Shown here piece after piece: positions 1 through 9,717 of a stretch of 28,543 nucleotides of DNA (positions are counted from its first letter, which is position 1; every line of letters begins with the position of its first letter). The notes beneath the pieces were generated by a model. That model did not search any database. It saw nothing but the letters and a program-made list of their open reading frames with translations, and had not been told where the DNA came from. Source of the DNA: Myxococcales bacterium (lineage in GTDB: Bacteria; Myxococcota_A; UBA9042; JABWCM01; BTVJ01); NCBI GenBank assembly GCA_045863395.1, contig BTVJ01000094.1, positions 1 to 28,543 on the forward strand, in the 5' to 3' direction. The position numbers were made by a program, and so were the translations under genes.

Positions 1-2300
1 TCGCCGGAGCCCCTGGCGAGAAGGGCGACCCCGGCGAGAAGGGCGACCCCGGCGAGAAGGGCGACCCCGGCGAGAAGGGCGATGTGGGCGAGAAGGGCGA
101 CCCCGGCGAGCAGGGCCCCGCTGGCGACCCCGGCCCGGCCGGTCCGCAGGGCCCCGCGGGTCCGTCTTCCGCGTTCGTGTTCAACGTGAAGGCCGAGATC
201 CCCGGCGCTCTGCTCGGTGAGATCCTCACCGTGTCCATCGGCGATCCGTCGGTCGTGACCTTCAAGGTGACCGACGCCATCGGGCGCGGCGCCGTGGGCC
301 TGAAGGCCGGCAACACGGGCGGCAACGTCCGCTTCAACCTGGCCAAGCTCGTTCCCGGGACCGGCGGCAACTCGTCCATCTGGGTCGGCTACATCACGCG
401 CAAGGCGACGTCCGGGGCCAACAACGTGCTCCAGGCCACGTCGGAGCGCACGGGCACGCTCGTCGACCACGGTGATGGCACCTACACCTACACGTTCATC
501 AACAACCTGACGGCGATGGTGGACGCGCTCAACCTCCAGCCGATCACGTTCGAGCCTGCGCTCACCCACCGCCTGGGCATCCAAGTCTCGGGTGGCGGGC
601 TGCCGCCGCTCAACCTCCTGAAGGACTTCGTGCCCGACGGCAGCAACGTCACTGAGTCCCGCAATGTAGCGGCGACTGCCTCGTGCAACGAGTGTCACGG
701 GAAGCTCGCCTTCCACGGCGGCTCCCGCTACGACGTCGCCTACTGCGTCACCTGCCACGTCGCGGACACCTACGACGCGGCGACCCTCGGAACCATCGAG
801 ATGGGCCCCATGATCCACAAGATCCACATGGGCCCGAACCTGCCGAGCGGTCAGGAGTTCGTCCTCGGCAACGCGCACTTCGGAGAGGTCGGCTACCCGC
901 AGCAGATCAACAACTGCCGCAAGTGCCACAACGGCGCCGACGCCGCCACCCCGCAGGGCGACAACTGGAACAAGGTCCCGACGGCCAAGTCGTGCAGCTC
1001 CTGCCACGACAACGTCGACTTCGCGACGGGCGCGGGCCACGTGGCCGGCGCGCAGCCGACGAACGCGATGTGCGCCATGTGCCACAACGCCGACGCCATC
1101 AAGGGCTACCACATGACCGAGAACGTCACGCCCAACAACCCGGTCGTTGCGGCGGGCCTCTCGAACATCGTGTACGAGATCAAGGAGGTCACCATCGACG
1201 CCGCCAACAAGCCCGTGGTCGAGTTCAAGATCACCCGCGACGGCGTCCCGATGGACGTGACCGTGGCCCCGGCGGACCTGACGGGCGGCCCGAGCTTCCT
1301 GCTGCCCTACGCCATGGCGCAGGACGGCATCGACGCGCCCCTCGACTACAACAACTTCGGCCGCTCGGCGGCCCAGCCGGCGACGGCCTCGCTGGCCAAC
1401 CTGCGCGCCGGCACGGCGGGCACGCTGGCCCCGAGCGCCAACGCGGGCTACTACATCGCGTCGATCAACACGGCGTGGCCGGCCGGCTCCACCCTGCGCG
1501 CGGTGTCCCTCCAGGGCTACTTCACGCAGGTCCTCCCGACGGGCAACGTCGCCCGCCACGCGATCTCCGTCTCCAAGGCCGCCACGGGCGACCCGGCCCG
1601 CCGGCAGATCGTGGACAACGCCAAGTGCGCCAACTGCCACGAGTGGCTGGAGCTCCACGGCGGCAACCGCGTGTACGACGCCAACACGTGCGTGATGTGC
1701 CACAACGCGAACCTCACCTCCAGCGGCCGCGGCGCCAACCCGGACCACCTGGCGCTGGCGGCGAGCACCGCCGACGACATGTACGGTCTGGATCCGCTGG
1801 CCTTCCCCGAGGCCACCAACAACCTCAAGGACATGGTCCACGGCATCCATGCGGCCGCGGCCCGCACGAAGCCCTACGAGTTCGTCCGTGACCGCCAGAC
1901 GAGCGGCGTGTACGGCTACGACTGGAGCCACGTGACCTACCCGGGCATCCTCAACCAGTGCGACACGTGCCACAAGGCCGGCACCTACGAGCTGCCGCTG
2001 CCCGAGGGCGTCCTCGCGACCAACAACCGCACGACCTCGGGTGACCCCAACGAGGACCGCGCGGCCGTCCTGGCGGCCCGGGCGAGCGTGCCCAACGCCA
2101 CCGACCTGGTGATCAGCCCGACCGCGGCGACCTGCTACGGCTGCCACACGAGCTGGACCGCCATGGCGCACATGGAGCAGAACGGCGGCGCCATCGACTG
2201 GCCGCGCGCGGACTACGTCGCCGCGAACCCGGTCGAGACCTGCGACGTCTGCCACGGCCCCGGCAAGATCGTGGACATCGAGTTCGTGCACGGTCTGTAG
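1..2300 (+). CDS. OmcA/MtrC-family decaheme c-type cytochrome with N-terminal collagen-like tract (5' end outside window)
   Basis: Frame is open from base 3 ([10 protein letters not shown]...). Ten CxxCH motifs in a 5+5 layout (CNECH, CVTCH, CRKCH, CSSCH, CAMCH / CANCH, CVMCH, CDTCH, CYGCH, CDVCH) separated by beta-rich non-heme domains. Family-like motifs [40 protein letters not shown]. Confidence 0.93.
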   Translation, partial: AGAPGEKGDPGEKGDPGEKGDPGEKGDVGEKGDPGEQGPAGDPGPAGPQGPAGPSSAFVFNVKAEIPGALLGEILTVSIGDPSVVTFKVTDAIGRGAVGLKAGNTGGNVRFNLAKLVPGTGGNSSIWVGYITRKATSGANNVLQATSERTGTLVDHGDGTYTYTFINNLTAMVDALNLQPITFEPALTHRLGIQVSGGGLPPLNLLKDFVPDGSNVTESRNVAATASCNECHGKLAFHGGSRYDVAYCVTCHVADTYDAATLGTIEMGPMIHKIHMGPNLPSGQEFVLGNAHFGEVGYPQQINNCRKCHNGADAATPQGDNWNKVPTAKSCSSCHDNVDFATGAGHVAGAQPTNAMCAMCHNADAIKGYHMTENVTPNNPVVAAGLSNIVYEIKEVTIDAANKPVVEFKITRDGVPMDVTVAPADLTGGPSFLLPYAMAQDGIDAPLDYNNFGRSAAQPATASLANLRAGTAGTLAPSANAGYYIASINTAWPAGSTLRAVSLQGYFTQVLPTGNVARHAISVSKAATGDPARRQIVDNAKCANCHEWLELHGGNRVYDANTCVMCHNANLTSSGRGANPDHLALAASTADDMYGLDPLAFPEATNNLKDMVHGIHAAAARTKPYEFVRDRQTSGVYGYDWSHVTYPGILNQCDTCHKAGTYELPLPEGVLATNNRTTSGDPNEDRAAVLAARASVPNATDLVISPTAATCYGCHTSWTAMAHMEQNGGAIDWPRADYVAANPVETCDVCHGPGKIVDIEFVHGL
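6..167 (+). repeat. 18 consecutive Gly-X-Y triplets, including an 18-bp tandem repeat GGCGAGAAGGGCGACCCC (GEKGDP)
   Basis: Exact copies at 15-32, 33-50, 51-68 and 87-104; variant at 69-86; followed by [21 protein letters not shown]. Confidence 0.95.
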
Positions 2301-2316
2301 GGTGTGACGAGTGAGG

Positions 2317-2400
2317 GGGCCCGGGCATCTCCCGGGCCCTCGGTCTCTCGGATGGAGCCCGGCCGCGACCCCCGCATGGGGGACCCGCGAGCCGGGCTTC
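2317..2400. terminator. Two GC-rich hairpins between convergent genes (possible terminator or mRNA 3' stabiliser)
   Basis: GGGCCCGGG-catct-CCCGGGCCC (2317-2339) and GAGCCCGGC...GCCGGGCTT (about 2355-2399); no clear U tract. Confidence 0.45.
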
Positions 2401-2432
2401 GTCGTTGGTGGGGGGGGACCGCTGGGCGGGGC

Positions 2433-3578
2433 TCAGTGCGCCGAGTGCGACTGCCACTTCACCGTGTTCTCGTAGATGTGCTTCTCGGGCCGGGGACCGC
2501 GTGGGTAGCTCTGCCACAGCGCGCCCCAGGGCGTCGCGTCGAAGTCGCGGATGTGCTTCTGGCCCACGGTCGGGTACCAGAGGCCGTCGTGGTACAGGTT
2601 CGAGGCGGCAGGCGCCCACACCATGAGCGGGCTGTGCAGGAGGAGACGCTTCAGCGGGCGCAGCGGCCCCTTGCGGATGAGCTGATCGCCCCAGATCACG
2701 AAGCTCTTCTTGGTATTGAACTTCTGCGCAACCGCCGCGATCTCTTCGCCCTCGATGTCCACCTCCCGCAGGTCCGCCACGCCGAGGCCCCGCTCGTGGC
2801 TCATGCGCAGGTAGGGGATGTCCAGGGGGTCGAAGCCCATCAAGCGCGCCGCGACCGCGTCGATGGCCACCTGGTCGGAGGAAGCGAGCACGACGTTCAT
2901 CACCCGCGGGATCATGGTGCGCGGCCCGGCGCCGTCGCCTGCCACGGTGCCGTCCATGACCGCGAACAGGCCCGGGTGGATCTCCTTCTGCATGTAGAGG
3001 AGGTCCACCAGCACCTCGTGCATGAACTCGTGGGCGTAGTGGCGGACCTCCTGAAGGAGCCCACCGAAGGCGTTCTTGATGGCGCCCGTCGTCACGGAGT
3101 GGCCGTGGGTCTTGACCGTAGGCAGGTGCAGCACGCTGCGACCCATGAACATCTTGGGGATGGTGATGCCCTGCGGGAAGATGTCGTTGAGCTTGAGCAG
3201 CGGGCTCTCGAAGCGGTGCCGCACCCACTCCACCTCCGGCAGGGCGGTGAACTTGAGGCCGTAGCGGTCGAGGATCGGCAACCACTTGTTGTTCCAGGCG
3301 CCCTCCCAGGGGTCGGTGACCACCGTCTTGTTCTCGACGGGGTGGATGCGGTCAGGGGAGAGGCCGTCTTCGATCATGGTCTTGACCGCGCCCTCGAGCT
3401 GCCACGGCTGGGTGCTGCACGCCGGAAAGTACTTGGTCCAGCTCAAATTGATCTTGATGACGACGTCGGCCTCCTTCGGCAGCGCGTCGCGCCAGCCGGC
3501 CATGCGCATGGCGCGGCCATAGTCGGCGAGGACGGTCTCCGGAGACGTGCGGAGGAGGACGACCTTGGAACGTGCCAT
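2433..3578 (-). CDS. DUF362 domain-containing protein (381 aa)
   Basis: Start MARSKVVLL preceded by an AGGAG RBS. Motifs VVIKIN, STQP, LPTVKTH, TGAIKNAFG, DGTVAGDGAGP, DQVAID and MGFDP match the DUF362 pattern. Confidence 0.85.
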   Translation of the reverse strand: MARSKVVLLRTSPETVLADYGRAMRMAGWRDALPKEADVVIKINLSWTKYFPACSTQPWQLEGAVKTMIEDGLSPDRIHPVENKTVVTDPWEGAWNNKWLPILDRYGLKFTALPEVEWVRHRFESPLLKLNDIFPQGITIPKMFMGRSVLHLPTVKTHGHSVTTGAIKNAFGGLLQEVRHYAHEFMHEVLVDLLYMQKEIHPGLFAVMDGTVAGDGAGPRTMIPRVMNVVLASSDQVAIDAVAARLMGFDPLDIPYLRMSHERGLGVADLREVDIEGEEIAAVAQKFNTKKSFVIWGDQLIRKGPLRPLKRLLLHSPLMVWAPAASNLYHDGLWYPTVGQKHIRDFDATPWGALWQSYPRGPRPEKHIYENTVKWQSHSAH

Positions 3579-3724
3579 TGTGTGGCTCCTTGGAGGGTGC
3601 ACTCAAGATGCCTCTGCCACGCGCGGCAGGCCGGCTCGAATACACCCTCCTGGCTGTGGGGCGCCGGGGGCGCCGCCAAGGGGGCAACATTGTGACCCGA
3701 GCACACATCCAGGCGCAAGCCCGG

Positions 3725-3753
3725 TGGACACGGGTTGCGGCCCGGGGCAGAAT
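3725..3753 (+). promoter_or_regulatory. Candidate sigma70-type promoter for the 3903 gene
   Basis: TGGACA-17 nt-CAGAAT. Confidence 0.4.
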
Positions 3754-3902
3754 GCGCGCCCGGGGTGAACGGCGCCATCGAGGCGCGGCCCGCAGCGGTC
3801 CGGGACGCCTCGGCACCGGCCAGCGGTGCCGAGCGACACGCCCGGCGATCCCCGACGACATCACGCGGCGCTCCGGCGCCGACAAGGGACAGCGAGGAGA
3901 CC

Positions 3903-4742
3903 ATGAGAGTGAAGCTGTTGGGAGTGGCGCTGGCGGCGATGGCCCTCGGCGCGTGCAAGCAGGAGCAGGCCGCGCCAGCAAAGCCCCAGGAGGGCATCAA
4001 GGTCGCCCCCACGGCGGGCGGGCCGGCGGCTCCACAGGCCGGGGGCCAGGCCGCCGTCCATGGCGCGCCGAGCGCTGGGGACACGGCGACCGCGGCCGGC
4101 AAGGTCTTGGAGACCATGGACGCAGGCGGCTACACGTACCTGCGCATCGAGGCCGCGTCCGGGGAGGTGTGGGCGGCCGTGCGGCAGACCGCGATCAAGC
4201 CGGGCGCCACGGTCAGCATCCAGAACGCCATGGTGATGCGAGGCTTCACGAGCAAGACGCTCGACCGCACCTTCGACGAGATCCTCTTCGGGGAGCTTGG
4301 CTCCGTGGTGGGCGGCGCCGATGCACCGGCTGGCGAGATGCCCCCCGGCCACCCGCCCGTCGCGGCCGTCGCGCCCGCCGAGGGGACCGGTGGTGGCCAT
4401 GGCGCCGGAGCAAAGGCCGAGGTCGGGGAGATCCCGAAGGCGGAGGGCGGCTACACCATCGCCGAGCTGGTCGCGAAGAAGGCGGAGCTCAGCGACAAGG
4501 AGGTGGCGATCCGCGGCAAGGTCACCAAGTTCAACCCCGGCATCATGGGACGCAACTGGGTACACATCCAGGATGGCTCCGGGTCGCCGGAGACCAAGGA
4601 CTTCGACCTGACCGTGACGACCAACGACGACGCCACCATCGACGACGTGGTCCTGATCAAGGGCAAGCTCTCCCTGAACAGGGACTTCGGTGCGGGCTAC
4701 TCCTACGACCTCATCGTGGAAGAGGCGACCCTGTCCCGGTAG
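3903..4742 (+). CDS. NrfJ-like lipoprotein with two OB-fold-like domains and a central MPPGHP motif (279 aa)
   Basis: GAGGAG RBS; lipobox LGA-C; GKVLETMDAGGYTYLRIE...EVWAAV; second domain IRGKVTKFNPGIMGRNWVHIQDG...DFGAGYSY. Family assignment is from motif recognition. Confidence 0.75.
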   Translation: MRVKLLGVALAAMALGACKQEQAAPAKPQEGIKVAPTAGGPAAPQAGGQAAVHGAPSAGDTATAAGKVLETMDAGGYTYLRIEAASGEVWAAVRQTAIKPGATVSIQNAMVMRGFTSKTLDRTFDEILFGELGSVVGGADAPAGEMPPGHPPVAAVAPAEGTGGGHGAGAKAEVGEIPKAEGGYTIAELVAKKAELSDKEVAIRGKVTKFNPGIMGRNWVHIQDGSGSPETKDFDLTVTTNDDATIDDVVLIKGKLSLNRDFGAGYSYDLIVEEATLSR

Positions 4743-4761
4743 CGCCCCCCTGGTTCGCCCG

Positions 4762-5847
4762 TTACGGGGCGCCCGCACCGACGCATCGGACCCCATACCC
4801 CCGGTAGTCGAGCTGGGGGTCCCTCGGGGTGGCGACGTCTCCAGAGACCAGCACCGTGCGGCCCACCGCCATGTGAACCGGCTCCGCGTACCACGCACCA
4901 CCGGCAAGGGGGTAGCCACCCTCCCCTGTGCCGTCCAGCCACTCCCACACGCCGCCGGCCAGGTCGTGGACACCGTAGGGGCTCGCGCCGAGCGGGTGCG
5001 AGCCCACGGGCTCGGTGCCGCCGACGCAGAAGGCGCCGTCGCTGGCGAAGCTCGCCCGGGCACAGCTCGGAGGAGCGTCGCCCCAGGGCCAGACACCGTC
5101 GAGGGGCGCCGGGCCCCGCGCTGCCTTCTGGCGCTCGGCGGCGGAGGGCAGGTGCAGGCCACGCCAGGCGCAGTAGGCACGGGCCATCTCCCAGGAGAGG
5201 GAGGTCGCAGGGTGACGCACCAAGTCGGGGTCGCGAAGGACTCCTTCCACCCGAGCCCCTCCAACCCACCCCCAGGAGGCCGCGGGCTCGGGGCAAGCGC
5301 CCGCGTCGACGCAGGCCGCATATCGGGCGTTTGTGGCAGGATATCTGTCGATCAGGAACGAATCTGACCAAGAGACGGTGAGAATGGCACCCTTCTCTCT
5401 CGTGCCACTCAAAAACTCCCCTGCGAGCACCACAATCATGCTCTGGTCGTCGAAGCGCGGCGTGGCGCTCACCGCCTCGCTCACGGGACCGGAGAAGCCG
5501 CTGGCGTCCACTGCACGAACCGCCACGAAGACGGGGACCTCGTTGGTGAGCCCATCGACGCGCGCAGTCGTTGCCCCGACCACCCACCGGGACTCCCAGG
5601 GCGGCCCGGGGTCGCCCCGGCCAAGCAGCAGCTCGAACCCGGCGACCGGCGTGGCGGTCATGACTTGCCAGACGGCCAGCACCTCGCCGTCGCCAGGCTC
5701 CAGGCGAAGGGAGGACACAGCCGGAGGGGGAGGGAGCGCGGGAACATCGAAGCCAACCGCGTCGGTCACCGACGGCAGGATGACGCCGTCGAGCAGCGGC
5801 TCCTCCGCGCAGGCGGCCAGGAGCAGGGGCAGCGCGCGCCTCAGCAT
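4762..5847 (-). CDS. Lipoprotein with Fn3-like domain and FGE-sulfatase (SUMF1/EgtB/PvdO-type) domain (361 aa)
   Basis: Start MLRRALPLLLAAC overlaps the upstream stop (ATGCTGA). Motifs IDRYPATNARY, LPSAAE, SPYGVHDLAGGVWEW, GGAW, YGVRCV. Confidence 0.85.
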   Translation of the reverse strand: MLRRALPLLLAACAEEPLLDGVILPSVTDAVGFDVPALPPPPAVSSLRLEPGDGEVLAVWQVMTATPVAGFELLLGRGDPGPPWESRWVVGATTARVDGLTNEVPVFVAVRAVDASGFSGPVSEAVSATPRFDDQSMIVVLAGEFLSGTREKGAILTVSWSDSFLIDRYPATNARYAACVDAGACPEPAASWGWVGGARVEGVLRDPDLVRHPATSLSWEMARAYCAWRGLHLPSAAERQKAARGPAPLDGVWPWGDAPPSCARASFASDGAFCVGGTEPVGSHPLGASPYGVHDLAGGVWEWLDGTGEGGYPLAGGAWYAEPVHMAVGRTVLVSGDVATPRDPQLDYRGYGVRCVGAGAP

Positions 5848-7826
5848 CCATCCCCCGCCGCAGTGAAGGGCCCCTCTGCGGCGTCCACTGGGGTGAGGAG
5901 GAGATGCACGTAGCCCTCGCCTTGCGCGTGGCTGACCCGCAGCTCCAGGGTCACCTGCTGCTCCGCGAGGGGCCCCCCGCACGCCTCGAAGAGGACCCGC
6001 AGCGCGCCCGACGTGAACGTGCCTCCCGGATCGCGCGTGACCGCCACCTGGTCCTTGAGCAGGCACCCGACGGGCGTCTCCCCACTGCGAGCGACCGCGC
6101 GGACGTCCACCGTCGTGGAGTCGCTCTCGACGCCGGGAAGCTCCAAACGCAGCGCGATCCCCAGATGGGTCCCGCCCTGGAACCCCTCGCAGATCTCCAC
6201 CTCCCCGCCTGGCTCCAGGGGATGAAAGGTCTTGGCACCGTCGCGCCAGCCGACGGTCACCGCCAGGCTGGGCTCGGCGCACACAGGGGGCTTCGCGACA
6301 ACCCCCTGGCAACAGGCGCAGGGCTTGGGGTCACACCCGACGGGCCAGCCGGAGGGGCAGGCTGGCGCGGCGACGCTAGCAGCGCACGCCACGACGTCAG
6401 GGGCGGGCAACGGCTCGGTGCAGCCCCCGTCGTCGCCGGAGCTGCCGGCGTCGGCCGGACCGGCATCGGCAGCGATGCTCCGCGGGGGATCGAGCGCTGC
6501 CACGTCCACGCAGGGCCCCTCGGGGAGGCAGTCGGCGACCAGCGGGTCGCAGCCAAGCCCGGCCGCCACATAGACGCACCGCACCCCGAATGCGCGCGTG
6601 TCCCCAAACGGGTCCCCCGAGAACGTGAGTACGGGCTCCCAGTGGTTGCGGTACGTCACTGCCAGCGCTTCCGGGCCATAGTACCAGGCACCGCCCCGTA
6701 GGACGCGCTCCGTGCCCGTCTCCGGCCCGCGCGGGTTGCGGCAGGCGACGTCGCGATAGGCGTCCGGAGCCCACCAGTCCGCGGTCCACTGCCAAAGGTT
6801 TCCGACCATGTCCCGCGCCCCTGCCGGGCTCTCGTTGCCGGGCCAGGAGCCCACGGGGGCTATCCCGCCGACGCAGAGGTGGCCATCGTCGTCGAAGTTG
6901 GCCAGGGCGCAGGCCGGCGGAGCATCGCCCCACGGGTGCGGGCCTGGACCAGCCGCAGCCTCCCACTCGGCCTCCGTCGGGAGGCGACCGCCGCGCCAGT
7001 CACACAGATCTGCGGCCGTCTGCCAGTCGAGCGCCACGGCCGGGAAGCCATCGTAGATCGGGTCGTCGAAGTAGTCGGCGACCATGACCGTACCGCTGAT
7101 GAAGCTCTCGGGACGCGCGGGGCGCGGGCACGCTCCCGCGTCCACGCAGGCCCTCAGCTCGGCGTTGGTGGCCGGGTAGCGGTCGATCCAGAACGCGTCC
7201 AGGTAGACGTGGTGGGCTGGTCCCTCGTGGGACAGCCCCCCGTTCCGGCCGAGCAGCACGGCGCCTGCGGGCACAAGCACCCGCGCCCCCCCGTCCCGGC
7301 GCGGCGTCACGACCACGGGCGGAGTGGTGGGGCCTTCCTGGCCCCCAACCACCGCGCCCACCGCCACCCAGACCGCGTGGTCATTGGGCAACCCTACCAG
7401 GGTCGCAGTGGTCGCCCCCTCGACGAGGATCGCACGCTCCCAGGGCGGCCCCGGGAGCTCGACCCGTGCGTAGACGCGGAAGCCGTCTACCGGCGGCCCC
7501 GGCGCGATCTGCCAGCGGAGGCGCGCGGCCCCGTCGCCCGCCTCGACGACGAGGCCGACGGGGGTGCGCACCGGCGGCGGCTGGCCAGGCAACACCAGCG
7601 ACGACTCGCACCCGAGCACCGACAGCAGTGCAAGGAGCCACCCGCATCGGCGTGGCGCTCGCCCGGCGCCCGGTGGCAAGCCGCCCGACACCTCGACGGG
7701 GCGCAGCCAATGGGTCGCGACCGCGGGGGCACAGACCGCCGCCCGCACGCTCGGTGAGCGGCTGCCCGCGGGGGGCTCGCCGCGCCCCGCGCGCACCGAG
7801 CCCGGGCTCTCGCCGACCTTGACCAT
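5841..7826 (-). CDS. Lipoprotein with Fn3-like, FGE-sulfatase, Cys-rich linker and C-terminal GFQG domains (start uncertain; GTG at 7691 also possible)
   Basis: Hydrophobic segment WLLALLSVLG-C; motifs HEGPAHHVYLDAFWIDRYP, RLPTEAEWEAAA, DMVGNLWQW, RVLRGGAW, FGVRCV. Clear paralog of 4762-5847. Confidence 0.85.
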   Translation of the reverse strand: MVKVGESPGSVRAGRGEPPAGSRSPSVRAAVCAPAVATHWLRPVEVSGGLPPGAGRAPRRCGWLLALLSVLGCESSLVLPGQPPPVRTPVGLVVEAGDGAARLRWQIAPGPPVDGFRVYARVELPGPPWERAILVEGATTATLVGLPNDHAVWVAVGAVVGGQEGPTTPPVVVTPRRDGGARVLVPAGAVLLGRNGGLSHEGPAHHVYLDAFWIDRYPATNAELRACVDAGACPRPARPESFISGTVMVADYFDDPIYDGFPAVALDWQTAADLCDWRGGRLPTEAEWEAAAGPGPHPWGDAPPACALANFDDDGHLCVGGIAPVGSWPGNESPAGARDMVGNLWQWTADWWAPDAYRDVACRNPRGPETGTERVLRGGAWYYGPEALAVTYRNHWEPVLTFSGDPFGDTRAFGVRCVYVAAGLGCDPLVADCLPEGPCVDVAALDPPRSIAADAGPADAGSSGDDGGCTEPLPAPDVVACAASVAAPACPSGWPVGCDPKPCACCQGVVAKPPVCAEPSLAVTVGWRDGAKTFHPLEPGGEVEICEGFQGGTHLGIALRLELPGVESDSTTVDVRAVARSGETPVGCLLKDQVAVTRDPGGTFTSGALRVLFEACGGPLAEQQVTLELRVSHAQGEGYVHLLLTPVDAAEGPFTAAGDGC

Positions 7827-7891
7827 GGACCCCACTGTACGCAGTGCTCCGGGGGATTCCAATGGCGCCGCACGTGCCGTAGCATGGCGCC

Positions 7892-8743
7892 ATGGCACCC
7901 CGAGTGTTCCTCCTCCTCGTACTGGCTGGCGCATGCCGCGGCCCCGCCGACGGCGCCACCCCTGTGGACGGCCACTGGCACGCGGGCCTCCTGGCCTTCC
8001 AGGTCCAGGACGGCACCGTCCTCGGTCTGGACCTCCACGGTGTGGGGTGCTCGGGCCCCCTCACCGCAGCCGGCGAGCCAACCTGCGAGGCGCCGCTGGT
8101 CGGTCAGGCTTCCGTCACCGCATCCATCCGCCCCGACGGTGGATTCCACCTGGAGACCGTGTTCGGGCTGACCGTCGAAGGGCGCTTCCTGGCCTCGGAC
8201 CGGGCGGAGGGCTCGTGGTCCTTCGTGGCGCCGAGCGGCTGCTGTTCCGCCAGCGGGACCTTCACCGCCCACCCTGGCGGAGGCGACGAGGCAGAGCCGT
8301 GCACACCGCCCACCGGGGAGGAGACGCTTCGGGTAGGGCTCACCGCAGGGCATGAGGGCCCATCGCCGCGGTTCGTGCGTGCGGGCCCGGCCGTCGAGGT
8401 CGTACCGGGCTTCCAGGGCGCAGTCATGGTCGTCGCGGCGATCCAGGCCACGGGGCTCATCCGCGGGCCGTTCACGCTCGACGTGTCGGTCCGGTTCCCA
8501 GCCACGGCGGTCGCGGGCCACACGCGGAGGCCGGACGCGCGGCTGGACGAGGATCAGTGGGGGTTGGTCTCGATGTTCGTGGTGCTGGAGCACCCGGACA
8601 AGGGCGTGCTCGTCCCGGGCAACCCGGAGGACCTGGCGCTCATCGACGGGCAAGGCGTGGAGCTGACCGCGACCGTGACGAGCCCGTGTGGGCTGCACAT
8701 CTCCGCTGCGGCCAGCGGCGTTGCCCGCTACAGAGACCGGTGA
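7892..8743 (+). CDS. Hypothetical lipoprotein (283 aa)
   Basis: MAPRVFLLLVLAGA-C lipobox; GC3-biased codons; C-terminal half contains VEVVPGFQG. Confidence 0.75.
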   Translation: MAPRVFLLLVLAGACRGPADGATPVDGHWHAGLLAFQVQDGTVLGLDLHGVGCSGPLTAAGEPTCEAPLVGQASVTASIRPDGGFHLETVFGLTVEGRFLASDRAEGSWSFVAPSGCCSASGTFTAHPGGGDEAEPCTPPTGEETLRVGLTAGHEGPSPRFVRAGPAVEVVPGFQGAVMVVAAIQATGLIRGPFTLDVSVRFPATAVAGHTRRPDARLDEDQWGLVSMFVVLEHPDKGVLVPGNPEDLALIDGQGVELTATVTSPCGLHISAAASGVARYRDR

Positions 8744-8769
8744 CGTGGAGCCGTGCAGCTCCGCGCGGG

Positions 8770-9546
8770 TCACCGCCGGCCGCGCCCTCCGCCCCGCCGA
8801 TCACCCCGGCCGCCCCGATCCCCGCGCTCGTCGCGCCCGCCTCTCTCTCCCCGCTCAGACCGCCCTCCCCGGCGCTCCGCGCCAGGATCCGGCGCAGGGG
8901 CCCGATCCGACAGCTCCACGGTCCAGGCGTCCCCCTCCTGGAGCGCCCGCGCGAGCTCGCCCTGTGTATGGATGACGCGAGGGATCAGCGTGGCGAAGCG
9001 CCCGATGGCGTCCAGGCTCTGAGCGCCCCCGGAGGTCCCGAGGCCGGCGACGCCCCGAGAGACGGCCGCCTCCACGGCCAGATCGCCCGCGAGCGGGTCC
9101 CCCCCCTCCACTGCCACGACGATGCCGTGCAACCCCTTGACCCCGTAGAGGTCGTCCGCGAGGCGCGGGCCGTCGGCCACGCGCTCCCCCGGGTGCGCTA
9201 CGACCACCGCCCAGTCGTTGTCGTGAAGCCAAGAGAGCAGGTCGTCGAGGCGCCACAGGCTGTCCTCGCCCGGAGCCCCCCAGCGCGCCCCCAGGTAGTC
9301 GGCGTCATCGAAGGACGGGGGATAGGCCAGGATGCTCCCGCGATCCGTAGGCAGCTCGACTCCGACGAAGATGGGGAAGCCCGTGCTGCGCTCGACGGAC
9401 AGCACCTCGTCCATGTCCGCCTGCACTCCCAGCTCCGCCACACAGACGGCGTCGATCCCTGCGTTGCGGGCCCGGGTGACGATGTCCCCGAGGGAGAGAG
9501 CGCCGCCGGCGCTTCGTGAAGTACGGACCTGGATGTCGATCAACAT
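8770..9546 (-). CDS. PHP-domain protein with degenerate metal ligands and an RGG/RG-rich tail (258 aa)
   Basis: GAGGAG RBS; MLIDIQVRT..S...ARNAGIDAVCVAE, IFVGVEL, VVAHP and GTSGGAQ align with the PHP motifs DLHxHT, TDH, GxE, AHP and GSDAH. Confidence 0.8.
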   Translation of the reverse strand: MLIDIQVRTSRSAGGALSLGDIVTRARNAGIDAVCVAELGVQADMDEVLSVERSTGFPIFVGVELPTDRGSILAYPPSFDDADYLGARWGAPGEDSLWRLDDLLSWLHDNDWAVVVAHPGERVADGPRLADDLYGVKGLHGIVVAVEGGDPLAGDLAVEAAVSRGVAGLGTSGGAQSLDAIGRFATLIPRVIHTQGELARALQEGDAWTVELSDRAPAPDPGAERRGGRSERGERGGRDERGDRGGRGDRRGGGRGRR

Positions 9547-9717
9547 GAGAGCGCTCCTCGCGTCGGTTGCCCCCTCCGTGGGGCTTGGCGGGCCGAGCAT
9601 AGCTCGCGCTCCCGCCCAGGTCCAGCCATGCAGCGCGTTCTTCGTGGGTCACGCGCAGGGGCCGCGGCGATGCGCTGCCCGGGCAATTCCGCCTCAATGT
9701 TCCGGCCACGCCCGCCG

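Noticed and set aside
15..104. CRISPR array (also considered for 20470-20514 and 23265-25569)
   Set aside because: The repeats are in-frame coding repeats without unique spacers, and there are no cas genes.
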